A stretch of DNA of 64,000 bases from a virus (lineage: Duplodnaviria > Caudoviricetes): IMG/VR virus record IMGVR_UViG_3300022848_000005; one strand, written 5' to 3'. The notes beneath the pieces were generated by a model. The model was given only the letters and a program-made list of their open reading frames with translations, had not been told where the DNA came from and did not search any database. Below, piece after piece: positions 47,530 to 56,903 of the stretch. The translations under genes and the position numbers were made by a program. How positions within the stretch are numbered: position 1 is the first letter of the stretch; each line of letters begins with the position of its first letter.

Positions 47530-48028
47530 AATACACGGTCATAGTGCAGGCAGTGTGGAAGGCAGAGGCAGTTGTGTAATTGATTGTTATACACTAGTGG
47601 ATATGACTAGAACAGGCGTAGTAGCATACTACAAAGAAGGCATGCCTATGTTCAATGATGATGCAGATCAACTAATTAATGACGAGAAGTCCTGGATTAG
47701 AAGCCGTAATCAACAACGTAACTACGAAACCTGCATACAAGTAATTAGTTTAAGGGCCCAACCTGTGTATCTGGAAGATCCTAAACGATTGCGTAAACAG
47801 GACATGTCGCTCTATAATTTTACTGATATCACAGGCACCCACGACATCTGGCATTTTAGTTTTAGTCCAGAACAGCCGGATGTATACAGAATAGGTGACG
47901 ATCCTGTTGCCGCTCTTAATAATGATACACACAATATACCTATAATAACTGGTTTACACGAAACAGCAGTAGTAGAAATACCCATACTACATATAGGTAT
48001 AAATATATATTACAAACTCAGGTGGTAA
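47522..48028 (+). CDS. Hypothetical protein
   Basis: Start reassigned to ATG 47522. Confidence 0.6.
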   Translation: MSKIHGHSAGSVEGRGSCVIDCYTLVDMTRTGVVAYYKEGMPMFNDDADQLINDEKSWIRSRNQQRNYETCIQVISLRAQPVYLEDPKRLRKQDMSLYNFTDITGTHDIWHFSFSPEQPDVYRIGDDPVAALNNDTHNIPIITGLHETAVVEIPILHIGINIYYKLRW

Positions 48029-48133
48029 AAGGAATAAATACTTGGGTAATAAACGGCACATATACTAGGCACTCACTACTCTGGCACTATCAACAGGCAT
48101 AGCTCTATCAGTTTTAACTTACATAGGAAGAGA

Positions 48134-48424
48134 GTGGTGACAATTAAACAACAAACAATCGAGAAGAAAAATCTTTCCGCCCACGTAGATTTATGTGCCG
48201 AAAGGTACAAAGAATTGAACATTAATTTTAAAATCCTAGAGAACCGATTAGATTCTTTATCTACCCACTTGTTGGGTCTGAAAGAGGACATGAATAAGGT
48301 CACAGCCCGCATTAATAACCGCATCTTAACTATTGCAGGTACTACTATTGCTGTTATGACCACTGCTGTTATAGCCTTAGTGCTGAAACTAATTGATGTT
48401 ATTTCAATCATGCCTGTATCCTAA
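48134..48424 (+). CDS. Coiled-coil protein with C-terminal TM (holin/XhlA-like topology)
   Basis: Heptad region followed by a hydrophobic tail; TAAATA at 48035. Confidence 0.5.
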   Translation: MVTIKQQTIEKKNLSAHVDLCAERYKELNINFKILENRLDSLSTHLLGLKEDMNKVTARINNRILTIAGTTIAVMTTAVIALVLKLIDVISIMPVS

Positions 48425-48426
48425 AT

Positions 48427-48903
48427 GTGAAAACTCAAACAGCAATAAAACTTAAACAGTCAGCAAAAAAACTTAAACAGTTTACTACTAAGCATCTGCC
48501 AGATATATTATTCAATAGCCCTGATATAATTTGGGCCAAGGAAGATAATAGTCTTATGGTAGGAGAACTGCGTGTTTATAAGAATAAACACGGTACCTAC
48601 TCAGTAAATCTAGCTGGTGGCAAGGTATGTAATTTCTATAAACAAAAACATGCGGTATGTTATGCCAGTTATTACCAACTATGCAACCTCAATCGCTGTA
48701 GTAATATTGCTATTTTAGACAGTAAATTAGAAAATTACACACAAGATGTAGAGTACTACAAACAACAACTAACACTACACTACAAAAACAACAATAAGGA
48801 TAAGTTTTTGCTATACTATGCTAGATATAGTCAAGCTCTTCCAATCAAGAAACAAACCGAACAGGAATGTAAGAAAAGTATCTTTCTGGCTAAATATAAT
48901 TAA
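48427..48903 (+). CDS. Hypothetical protein
   Basis: ORF track. Confidence 0.6.
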   Translation: MKTQTAIKLKQSAKKLKQFTTKHLPDILFNSPDIIWAKEDNSLMVGELRVYKNKHGTYSVNLAGGKVCNFYKQKHAVCYASYYQLCNLNRCSNIAILDSKLENYTQDVEYYKQQLTLHYKNNNKDKFLLYYARYSQALPIKKQTEQECKKSIFLAKYN

Positions 48904-48920
48904 ATTTAGGAATTCTTAAT

Positions 48921-49553
48921 ATGCAACTTAACGACTTAAAGAGAAAAAACACAAAAAAAGTAATGGAAAGCAGATTTGGCTTTGCTGTTAACTTTGATAG
49001 AATGACAGTGGAAAAAGCGGAAGGGTTGTTAGAAACAATTTCTTCTGGTATGGAGAACGTCCGTAACAGCAGTTCTTTCCACACAGCCGAAAAGAACCCA
49101 CGTTATATGGAACTTTTAATGGTTAAAGAGAGTCTAACTGACTGGTTAGATGACACAGTTGAAGTAGTGGTAGAAGGTGAAGTACAAACTGCTGAAGTTC
49201 TGTTAGCTGCCAAGGACATTACAGATAGATTACAAGGTATGGTAGAGGATTTGGGAGAAATTCTAAACGAAGATCTTCCACCATTAGGCGATAGCATTAA
49301 TGACCAGATGGGCGGAGGCAAAGGCACACAGTATGTTAATTCAGCAAGCGCCACAATCCAGGGGTTATTAGATGCAATGACGGCCGCACGAATGTCATTA
49401 GACGATGCAAGTAAAATCGTTACTGGTGAAGGTCCTGATCCTGCAATGGCAGGTGAGATGCCCGTAGAAGAGCCTGCAATGGCAGATATGCCAGAAGAAG
49501 AGCCTATGATAGAGCCTGAAGAGGACGAGCCAGTCGGCAGAGAAATGCGCTAA
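48921..49553 (+). CDS. Acidic late protein, possible prohead core/scaffold
   Basis: TAAATA 48891, AGGA RBS; Glu/Pro-rich tail. Confidence 0.5.
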   Translation: MQLNDLKRKNTKKVMESRFGFAVNFDRMTVEKAEGLLETISSGMENVRNSSSFHTAEKNPRYMELLMVKESLTDWLDDTVEVVVEGEVQTAEVLLAAKDITDRLQGMVEDLGEILNEDLPPLGDSINDQMGGGKGTQYVNSASATIQGLLDAMTAARMSLDDASKIVTGEGPDPAMAGEMPVEEPAMADMPEEEPMIEPEEDEPVGREMR

Positions 49554-49900
49554 TGCGTTTTTCAGAGTTACATGAAGATCAACAGGAGCTAGTCTCAAAG
49601 CTGGCTTCTGTCCTTGAGTTCCTTAAAGGTCGATCTCAAGATAGCGGCTTACAGCCAAATATCACTTTAAACAGTCTAGTAAAAATGGTTGGCAATACAG
49701 GAACACAAATTGATCCTAATACAATACAACAGTTGTTTAACGAGCCAACAATACGAAACCTAATTAAAAATATAGACGGTAACATGGTTACTCTTAATTT
49801 AGATGGTGGAATGACCCAATTACAGCCTGGTGGTGGCAACATGCCTCCTGAGGTTAAAGTTAACCAAATGGCAAAAAGAGCATTGAGTCGTAGACAATAA
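49553..49900 (+). CDS. Hypothetical late protein
   Basis: N-terminus MRFSELHE. Confidence 0.6.
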   Translation: MRFSELHEDQQELVSKLASVLEFLKGRSQDSGLQPNITLNSLVKMVGNTGTQIDPNTIQQLFNEPTIRNLIKNIDGNMVTLNLDGGMTQLQPGGGNMPPEVKVNQMAKRALSRRQ

Positions 49901-49911
49901 TCTGTTATAAT
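49883..49911 (+). promoter_or_regulatory. Sigma70 extended -10 promoter, leaderless
   Basis: TTGAGT-17 nt-TATAAT with TGn; ATG 6 nt downstream. Confidence 0.7.
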
Positions 49912-49917
49912 ACACAC

Positions 49918-50232
49918 ATGATTACATTTACCCCCCGAGCATACGATCACTTTTACAAGTACGTAAGTGATAATAAAACCCTACGAATAAGTTTTAAACA
50001 ACAAGGCTGTACTGGTTATAGTTATCAACTTGACTGGCTCGATCACATACCAGAAGGCTTCAAGGTTAGTAAGCAAGGTGATGTAACTTATACATGGGAC
50101 CCTGTGCATGAAGACTGGCTTACCGGCACAACTGTAGACATGCAAGTTAAAGGTCTTAATAATTTATTAGTATTCCTAAACCCTAACGAAATAGCTAGTT
50201 GTGGGTGCGGGGAAAGTGTTACTTTTAAATAA
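49918..50232 (+). CDS. iscA: IscA/HesB Fe-S cluster assembly protein
   Basis: GCTGYSY and CGCGES. Confidence 0.9.
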   Translation: MITFTPRAYDHFYKYVSDNKTLRISFKQQGCTGYSYQLDWLDHIPEGFKVSKQGDVTYTWDPVHEDWLTGTTVDMQVKGLNNLLVFLNPNEIASCGCGESVTFK

Positions 50233-50252
50233 ATACACTAAAGGATACTAGC

Positions 50253-50612
50253 ATGGCATTTTTACCAACATCAGCAAACGCAAGAGAACAATCGCAAGGC
50301 AACGCCGTAGTTGCTGGCGAGATTGCAATCTTAACACAGCGTGTACTAATCGCAATTAGTTCGGGTGTGTTTACTATTACTGCCACAAGTGCAACCACTA
50401 TTACTATTAACGGTACCACTATTACTGGCAGTGTAATGACCAACGCTGATGCAACAGGTAGAGAATATTACACAGCCTGGCAAGGCACAACGACAGATGC
50501 AGTAAAAACCGAGCAGATGACAGAAGTTATCTCGCATTTTCAAAAACTAGGATATGCTATTGTCCGCAAATCAACAACAGGTACTGAGCTATATTGGCAA
50601 ATGTCCTGGTAA
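50253..50612 (+). CDS. Putative structural protein
   Basis: TAAATA x2 at 50226-50235; Thr-rich. Confidence 0.5.
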   Translation: MAFLPTSANAREQSQGNAVVAGEIAILTQRVLIAISSGVFTITATSATTITINGTTITGSVMTNADATGREYYTAWQGTTTDAVKTEQMTEVISHFQKLGYAIVRKSTTGTELYWQMSW

Positions 50613-50615
50613 TCG

Positions 50616-51290
50616 ATGATCACAGACCGATACGAATACGTAAGAATCAATAGAAAAAACATAGACGGAAAAAGACATTACCTCACACCAGAGGGAGATG
50701 CTGTTCCATCTGTAACTACTGTTCTTGATAAAACTAAACCTGCTGAAAAAATGCAGGCACTAATGAACTGGCGAAAGCGTGTAGGTGAAACCAAAGCACA
50801 ACAGATAGTAACTGAAGCCGCCAACGTTGGTACAGTTCTACACAAAAAACTAGAAGAATACTGTTTAGGTACACTGGAAGCACCAGGTAGTAACCTTATA
50901 CAACAACAAGCAGACAAGATGGCTCGTGTGGTTATTGACACTGGGCTAACGGATATGAATGAGTGTTGGGGGGTAGAGGTTCCTTTGTACTACTCGGGGC
51001 TATATGCTGGCACAACAGACTGTGTGTGCATGTTTAAAGGTGAGCCTGCTGTCTTAGACTTTAAACAAACGAACAAGCCTAAAAAACGTGAATGGATTGA
51101 GGATTACTTCCTGCAATTAAGTGCGTATATTTTAGCACACGACAAAACACACAACACCGAGATTAAACGTGGTGTGATTTTAATGTGTTCAAGAGATTTA
51201 ACCTACCAACAGTTTGAGATCGAAGGTGACGAACTAGAGTTCTGGAAACAGAAATGGTGGGATAGAGTAGAGCAATATTATAATAAATAA
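50616..51290 (+). CDS. PD-(D/E)XK exonuclease
   Basis: PSVTTVL, GTVLH, YAGTTDC, LDFKQT, QLSAY. Confidence 0.88.
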   Translation: MITDRYEYVRINRKNIDGKRHYLTPEGDAVPSVTTVLDKTKPAEKMQALMNWRKRVGETKAQQIVTEAANVGTVLHKKLEEYCLGTLEAPGSNLIQQQADKMARVVIDTGLTDMNECWGVEVPLYYSGLYAGTTDCVCMFKGEPAVLDFKQTNKPKKREWIEDYFLQLSAYILAHDKTHNTEIKRGVILMCSRDLTYQQFEIEGDELEFWKQKWWDRVEQYYNK

Positions 51291-51318
51291 GTAAAATACA
51301 TTAGTAAGGACTCCTAAC

Positions 51319-52902
51319 GTGGCAATTTTACAAATATCTCGAATACAACACAGACGTGGAACATCAGATAACCTACCGCAGTTATCAGCGGCAGAACTTG
51401 GCTGGTCGGTAGACAACAGAAGGTTATACATTGGTAACGGCACACTTGAAGAGGGTGCGCCTGCACTAGGCAACACACAGATCCTGACAGAGTTTAGTGA
51501 TTTACTAAACACGAGCCAAGTGTACACTTATGTGGGCGAACAGTCTGGTTACGTAGTAACAACAGGCACAAGTTCAAGCACCCCTGTTGAGAGATCACTA
51601 CAGAAAAAGTTTGATGACTTTATAAATGTTAGAGACTTTGGCGCAGTGGGTGATGGTGAGTCAGACGACACAGCCGCTATTAATAGAGCACTCTTTCAGT
51701 TGTATTGTAGAGAAGTTAACGAAGAAATCCGCAGATCTCTTTACTTTCCAGCAGGGATTTATAAAATTACAGGCGATGTAATTAAGATTCCTACTTACGC
51801 TAAACTAATCGGCGAAGGCGCAGAAAGCACAATCTTTAAGCAAACAGATTCAGGACAATCTTATGTGTTTAAGACGGCAGATAGTTTACAACAAATAGAT
51901 GCCAGTATTGCAACTAATGCAGCCACAAGACCAGAATTTATTGAAGTGTCTGGGTGTACATTCTGGAACAGCACAACTGAACACGTTGGTTTAGTTTCCT
52001 CTGCCCAGCACATACATTTTGATGATGTTAAATTTAAAGGCAATCTAACGTTGCCAATATCAGTTAGTGACGCAAAGGCATGCCTTCAGATAGAATCAAC
52101 AGCAGTATTAGTTACAGAGCACGTTACATTTGATAATTGCTACTTTACAAACAACACATTTGGTATTGAGGTAGACTACAATTGTAGAAACGTTGTTGTG
52201 CAGAATAGTTACTTCGACGAACTCTATAAAGGAGTTAAGTTGGGCGAAAGTCTAACAGGATCTTCTCCCCAGGACGAAGGACCACGTGGTTTTAAAGTAA
52301 CAGGTAGTTACTTTGATAGAATTGCTAACATGGGTATTCACACATATTCCTCTATTAAACACGTAGTGTCTGCTTACAACTATTTTTACGAGGTAGGTAA
52401 CAACTTTAACGGTGCTGGTAACCAGGCTGCTCCAGTAATATTCTTTGCAAGCGGTGGTAACTTTAGTATAGGTGATGCATTCGAACGTAACGACACAGAC
52501 GATTTAGATCAGCCTAGAATTAGTATAGCCAATGTTTCTAATTATGGCCAGGTTGCTGGCAATAGCATCCAATATGGTGCGCATAGACAGGAAGCAGGTC
52601 TGTCAGTAACTCTTAATGATAATCAGTCAACAACGTTAACAGGCATTACACTTGCAGACAACAAATATACACACGGTGCTATTATTGACTACAGCATTGT
52701 TCGTGCAACAACTTTTAGAACAGGAACATTACACATAGCCCATGGCACAACTGTTGGTTACAGCGAGGATTTTTCAGAAGATTCTGCAACTGGTGTAACA
52801 CTCACTGTTACATTTGCTACCAACACAAGTACCATTAACTATGCAACAACATCAACCGGCAGTAACGCCACAATGAAATATTCAATTAGATACCTATATT
52901 AA
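51319..52902 (+). CDS. Tail fibre/tailspike with pectate-lyase-like beta-helix
   Basis: N-terminal RIQHRRG...ELGW...RLYIG; NVRDFGAVGDGESDDTAAINRA. Confidence 0.85.
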   Translation: MAILQISRIQHRRGTSDNLPQLSAAELGWSVDNRRLYIGNGTLEEGAPALGNTQILTEFSDLLNTSQVYTYVGEQSGYVVTTGTSSSTPVERSLQKKFDDFINVRDFGAVGDGESDDTAAINRALFQLYCREVNEEIRRSLYFPAGIYKITGDVIKIPTYAKLIGEGAESTIFKQTDSGQSYVFKTADSLQQIDASIATNAATRPEFIEVSGCTFWNSTTEHVGLVSSAQHIHFDDVKFKGNLTLPISVSDAKACLQIESTAVLVTEHVTFDNCYFTNNTFGIEVDYNCRNVVVQNSYFDELYKGVKLGESLTGSSPQDEGPRGFKVTGSYFDRIANMGIHTYSSIKHVVSAYNYFYEVGNNFNGAGNQAAPVIFFASGGNFSIGDAFERNDTDDLDQPRISIANVSNYGQVAGNSIQYGAHRQEAGLSVTLNDNQSTTLTGITLADNKYTHGAIIDYSIVRATTFRTGTLHIAHGTTVGYSEDFSEDSATGVTLTVTFATNTSTINYATTSTGSNATMKYSIRYLY

Positions 52903-52911
52903 TAGATCAAA

Positions 52912-53457
52912 ATGATCTGGCAGCACCAAAAAATTTCAGAGTGCGTGAGTGATCTTCCTTTAGGCGCAAGATTCAAAAGAAAACATTTGATGATGCACTA
53001 CGGAAAACAGTCAGCCTATGGTCATATGCTCCTATAATAAACACCTGTATGGACTTTACGGGTCATAAGTCCTGGCCTGATCCCTGGGAACTATTAGAGG
53101 ACTCTGGCTATGATGAATTTGCTAAAGCTCTTGGTATGCTGTATACTTTGTTTTTAAGTGGACACGATGATCATAGCAGCTATGTTATAATAATATTACT
53201 TAATTGGGTTATAGTAACATTTAAGCCGCATCTTTTGGATAGTATCCAAAAAAACTTGTATATAACCCACTATGTATTATTAATAGGGTTAAACAGGGAC
53301 CAGGGAAAATATTACTATATAGTATCTGTCAGACGATGGAAAATATATACTTAATTATGAGTGGGACAGTGTAGTAAATACTCAACAAATAGATCCAGGG
53401 GTTAAAATAATGTACCAATACACTCCTCAAGATTTACATTTAGACCAATATATGTGA
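52912..53457 (+). pseudogene. Disrupted gene upstream of nrdA
   Basis: MIWQHQK, then a frame change, an in-frame TGA at 52950, a long frame through WPDPWELL, an AT-rich palindromic segment, and a second frame change to DDGKYILNY...LDQYM*. Confidence 0.6.
53205..53269. repeat. Nested inverted repeats
   Basis: TGGGTTATA/TATAACCCA (53205, 53261) enclosing TTTTGGATA-G-TATCCAAAA (53233-53251). Confidence 0.85.
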
Positions 53458-53464
53458 GGCATCA

Positions 53465-55759
53465 ATGAGCAAAATTTTAGTAACGAAACGAGAAGGTCAC
53501 AAAGAACCTCTAAACATAGAAAAAATGCATAAAGTTGTCATGTGGGCAACCGACGGAATTACAGGCGTAAGTGCCAGCGAAGTGGAAATAAAATCAAGCC
53601 TACAGTTTTATGATGGTATTAAGACATCAGATGTCCAGGAAACACTTATTAAAAGTGCCGCTGATCTTATTTCAGAGGAGAACCCTAACTACCAGTATGT
53701 TGCTGGTAGGCTAATAAACTATCATATCAGAAAACAAGTTTATAACGATTACGATCCCTGGGACCTAAAGCGTATTGTGGAAGCAAACGTGAAACGTGGC
53801 TATTATGATAGTGAATTGTTAGAGGTATACTCAACTGAAGAATGGAAAAAGTTAAACAGTTACATTAATCACGAGCGAGATGAAAACTTTACCTATGTTG
53901 CTATGGAACAGTTTAGGGGAAAATATCTTGTACAGAATCGTGTAACTAAAGATTTGTACGAAACTCCACAAGTGTGTTACATGTTAATTGCGGCAACCCT
54001 GTTCCAAAACTATCCTAAAGAAACAAGATTACAATGGGTACATGATTATTACGATGCTATTAGTACCCACTTGATTAGTTTACCAACTCCTGTTATGGCA
54101 GGTGTACGCACACCGCAAAAACAATTCAGCAGTTGTGTATTAATCGAAACAGATGACAGTCTAGATAGTATTAATGCAACAGCGAGTGCTATTGTAAAAT
54201 ATGTTTCGCAAAAGGCAGGTATTGGCATCGGCGCAGGTCGCATCCGTGCTATTAACTCACCAGTGCGTAATGGTGATGCGTCCCACACAGGTGTTATCCC
54301 GTTTCTTAAATTATTCCAGAGTGCAGTGAAGTCATGTAGTCAGGGCGGGGTTCGTGGTGGAGCGGCAACAATATACTATCCATTATGGCACCTAGAAGTA
54401 GAAGATTTGTTAGTATTAAAGAACAACAAAGGCACAGAAGATAACAGAGTACGCCACATGGATTATGGGGTTCAATTTAACAAATTAATGTACGAAAGAC
54501 TTATCCAAGGGGGAGATATTACCCTGTTTTCGCCCAACGATGTACCGGAATTGTACGAAGCATTCTATGTTAACGCCGACAAGTTTAAAGAGTTGTATGA
54601 GCAAGCAGAGCGTAAAACAAGTATACGCAAAAAGAAAGTTAAAGCAATTGATCTGTTTACTGCCTTTATGCAAGAACGCAAGGATACAGGGCGTGTCTAC
54701 TTAATGAACGTTGACCATGCTAATACACACTCACCGTTTAAACCAGATGTAGCACCTATTAGGCAGAGTAACTTATGTTGCGAAATTGACTTGCCTACTA
54801 AACCTCTTAAAAGTTTTGAGGATCCAGACGGTAGAATAGCATTATGTACACTAAGTGCAATTAACTGGGGTGCTATTAAGACACCTGAAGATTTTGAGAA
54901 ACCCTGTAGGTTAGCAGTACGTGGATTAGATGCCTTACTGAGCTATCAGGGATATCCAGTAAAGGCGGCAGAAGAAGCAACCCGAGAATACAGACCACTA
55001 GGTGTGGGTATTATTAATCTTGCTTACTGGTTAGCAAAGAACGACACGAGCTACAGTGATCCTCGAGCATTGGAATTAGTAGATCAATATGCAGAAGCAT
55101 GGAGTTACTATTTAATTAGAGCAAGCATGGAACTTGCTAAAGAATTTGGTCGATGTGATGGGTTCCAAAACTTAAAGTATGCAGATGGCATACTACCAAT
55201 CGATACTTACAAACGTGATGTGGATGAACTTGTTAAGCCCAAAAAACGACAGTTTGATTGGGACTACTTGCGCAAAGAGATTAAAGAACATGGTATACGT
55301 AATGCAACCCTAATGGCATTGATGCCTGCAGAAACGAGTGCTCAGATTAGTAATGCTACTAATGGTATTGAGCCACCACGTAGTTTTGTTAGCGTTAAGC
55401 AGAGCAAGGACGGGGTACTTAAGCAGGTAGTGCCTGAGTATCGTCGACTTAAGAATAAATATGAATTGCTGTGGGATCAAAGAGATCCAACTGGTTACAT
55501 AAAAATCATGGCAGTATTACAGAAGTACATCGATCAAGGTATTAGTGTTAACACCAGTTACAATCCACAGTGGTATGAAGATGAAAAGATACCAATGAGT
55601 GATATGCTAAAACATCTTATGATGTTTTATAAGTACGGTGGCAAGCAGTTGTATTACTTCAACACCTATGATGGTCAAGGTGAAATAGATGTTAATAAAC
55701 TAGAAGAACTACAACCTGGTGAGTTAGATGACGAAGCCTGCGAAAGTTGCGTAATATAA
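53465..55759 (+). CDS. nrdA: Class Ia ribonucleotide reductase alpha subunit
   Basis: ATP cone VTKREG, QFSSC, SQGGVRGG, SNLCCEI, C-terminal CESC. Confidence 0.97.
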   Translation: MSKILVTKREGHKEPLNIEKMHKVVMWATDGITGVSASEVEIKSSLQFYDGIKTSDVQETLIKSAADLISEENPNYQYVAGRLINYHIRKQVYNDYDPWDLKRIVEANVKRGYYDSELLEVYSTEEWKKLNSYINHERDENFTYVAMEQFRGKYLVQNRVTKDLYETPQVCYMLIAATLFQNYPKETRLQWVHDYYDAISTHLISLPTPVMAGVRTPQKQFSSCVLIETDDSLDSINATASAIVKYVSQKAGIGIGAGRIRAINSPVRNGDASHTGVIPFLKLFQSAVKSCSQGGVRGGAATIYYPLWHLEVEDLLVLKNNKGTEDNRVRHMDYGVQFNKLMYERLIQGGDITLFSPNDVPELYEAFYVNADKFKELYEQAERKTSIRKKKVKAIDLFTAFMQERKDTGRVYLMNVDHANTHSPFKPDVAPIRQSNLCCEIDLPTKPLKSFEDPDGRIALCTLSAINWGAIKTPEDFEKPCRLAVRGLDALLSYQGYPVKAAEEATREYRPLGVGIINLAYWLAKNDTSYSDPRALELVDQYAEAWSYYLIRASMELAKEFGRCDGFQNLKYADGILPIDTYKRDVDELVKPKKRQFDWDYLRKEIKEHGIRNATLMALMPAETSAQISNATNGIEPPRSFVSVKQSKDGVLKQVVPEYRRLKNKYELLWDQRDPTGYIKIMAVLQKYIDQGISVNTSYNPQWYEDEKIPMSDMLKHLMMFYKYGGKQLYYFNTYDGQGEIDVNKLEELQPGELDDEACESCVI

Positions 55760-55772
55760 CCCGAGTGTAATT

Positions 55773-56903
55773 ATGAGCGTTTTTAATATACAGAAAAAAG
55801 ATAACCACCTTAAGGCTTTGGCATTCTTAGACCCCAACGGTGGCAGTAGTGTGCAACGATATGACACCGTAAAATATAGACAGTTTGAAAAGTTAACTGA
55901 TAAGCAGTTAGGGTTCTTCTGGCGCCCAGAAGAAGTTGATGTAATGCGTGACTCCAAAGACTTTAAAGACTTAACATCACACGAGCAACACATCTTTACC
56001 AGTAATCTTAAGAGGCAAATTTTATTAGACAGTGTTCAAGGACGCTCTCCTAATTTAGCATTCCTGCCACTATGCACAATTCCAGAACTTGAAACCTGGA
56101 TCCAGACATGGGCGTTTAACGAAACAATTCACAGCCGTAGTTACACACATATTATTCGCAATGTGTACAGCGATCCTGCGAAAGTGTTTGATAGTATAAC
56201 TGACATTAAGGAGATTGTGACCTGCGCAGAAGCAATTACAGGTTACTACGATGACCTTATTAACTACTCACAGTTTTATGGTTTACTGGGAGAAGGAAAC
56301 CATATTGTTAATGGTAAGAAATATGACATTAACAAGTATGAACTTAAGAAGAAACTATGGTTAGCCATTAACAGTGTTAATGCGCTGGAAGGCATACGCT
56401 TCTATGTATCGTTTGCATGCAGTTGGGCATTTGCTGAACTTAAAAAGATGGAAGGTAATGCTAAAATTATTAAGTTTATCGCCCGTGATGAGAATGTCCA
56501 CTTGGCAAGTACACAGACTTTACTTAAGATATTGCCTACAGATGACAAAGACTTTGCTAAAATTAAAAAAGAGTGTGAGCATCTAGTAACAGATATTTTT
56601 GTTAGTGCAGTGGAACAAGAGACTTCCTGGGCAGAATATTTGTTTAAAGACGGATCAATGATAGGTCTTAATAAACAACTACTAACAGAATATGTTGAGT
56701 GGTTGGCAAACAAACGCATGACTTCTATTGGTGTATATTCACCATACAAAGTAGGACAAAGTAATCCTTTACCTTGGACACAAAAATGGATTGCAGGAGC
56801 AGAAGTACAAGTAGCACCGCAAGAAGTTGAACTGAGTAGTTATGTTATTGGTGGTACTAAACAAGACGTTGACGAAGATACCTTTAAGGGCATAACTCTG
56901 TGA
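55773..56903 (+). CDS. nrdB: Class Ia ribonucleotide reductase beta subunit
   Basis: FFWRPEE, LDSVQGR, ETIHSRSY, LEGIRFY, DENVH. Confidence 0.97.
   Translation: MSVFNIQKKDNHLKALAFLDPNGGSSVQRYDTVKYRQFEKLTDKQLGFFWRPEEVDVMRDSKDFKDLTSHEQHIFTSNLKRQILLDSVQGRSPNLAFLPLCTIPELETWIQTWAFNETIHSRSYTHIIRNVYSDPAKVFDSITDIKEIVTCAEAITGYYDDLINYSQFYGLLGEGNHIVNGKKYDINKYELKKKLWLAINSVNALEGIRFYVSFACSWAFAELKKMEGNAKIIKFIARDENVHLASTQTLLKILPTDDKDFAKIKKECEHLVTDIFVSAVEQETSWAEYLFKDGSMIGLNKQLLTEYVEWLANKRMTSIGVYSPYKVGQSNPLPWTQKWIAGAEVQVAPQEVELSSYVIGGTKQDVDEDTFKGITL

Noticed and set aside
52950-52952. In-frame TGA suggesting stop-codon reassignment
   Set aside because: TGA, TAG and TAA all terminate well-conserved genes elsewhere, long ORFs are intact in the standard code, and this TGA lies in a gene with other lesions.
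55761-55767. CCGAGTG between nrdA and nrdB matching the promoter spacer element
   Set aside because: No -35/-10 hexamers at the matching distances; probably chance, though worth including in a motif scan.
53465-56903. Introns or inteins in nrdA/nrdB (also uvsX, helicase)
   Set aside because: ORFs are continuous and of normal length, with no splice or homing-endonuclease motifs.
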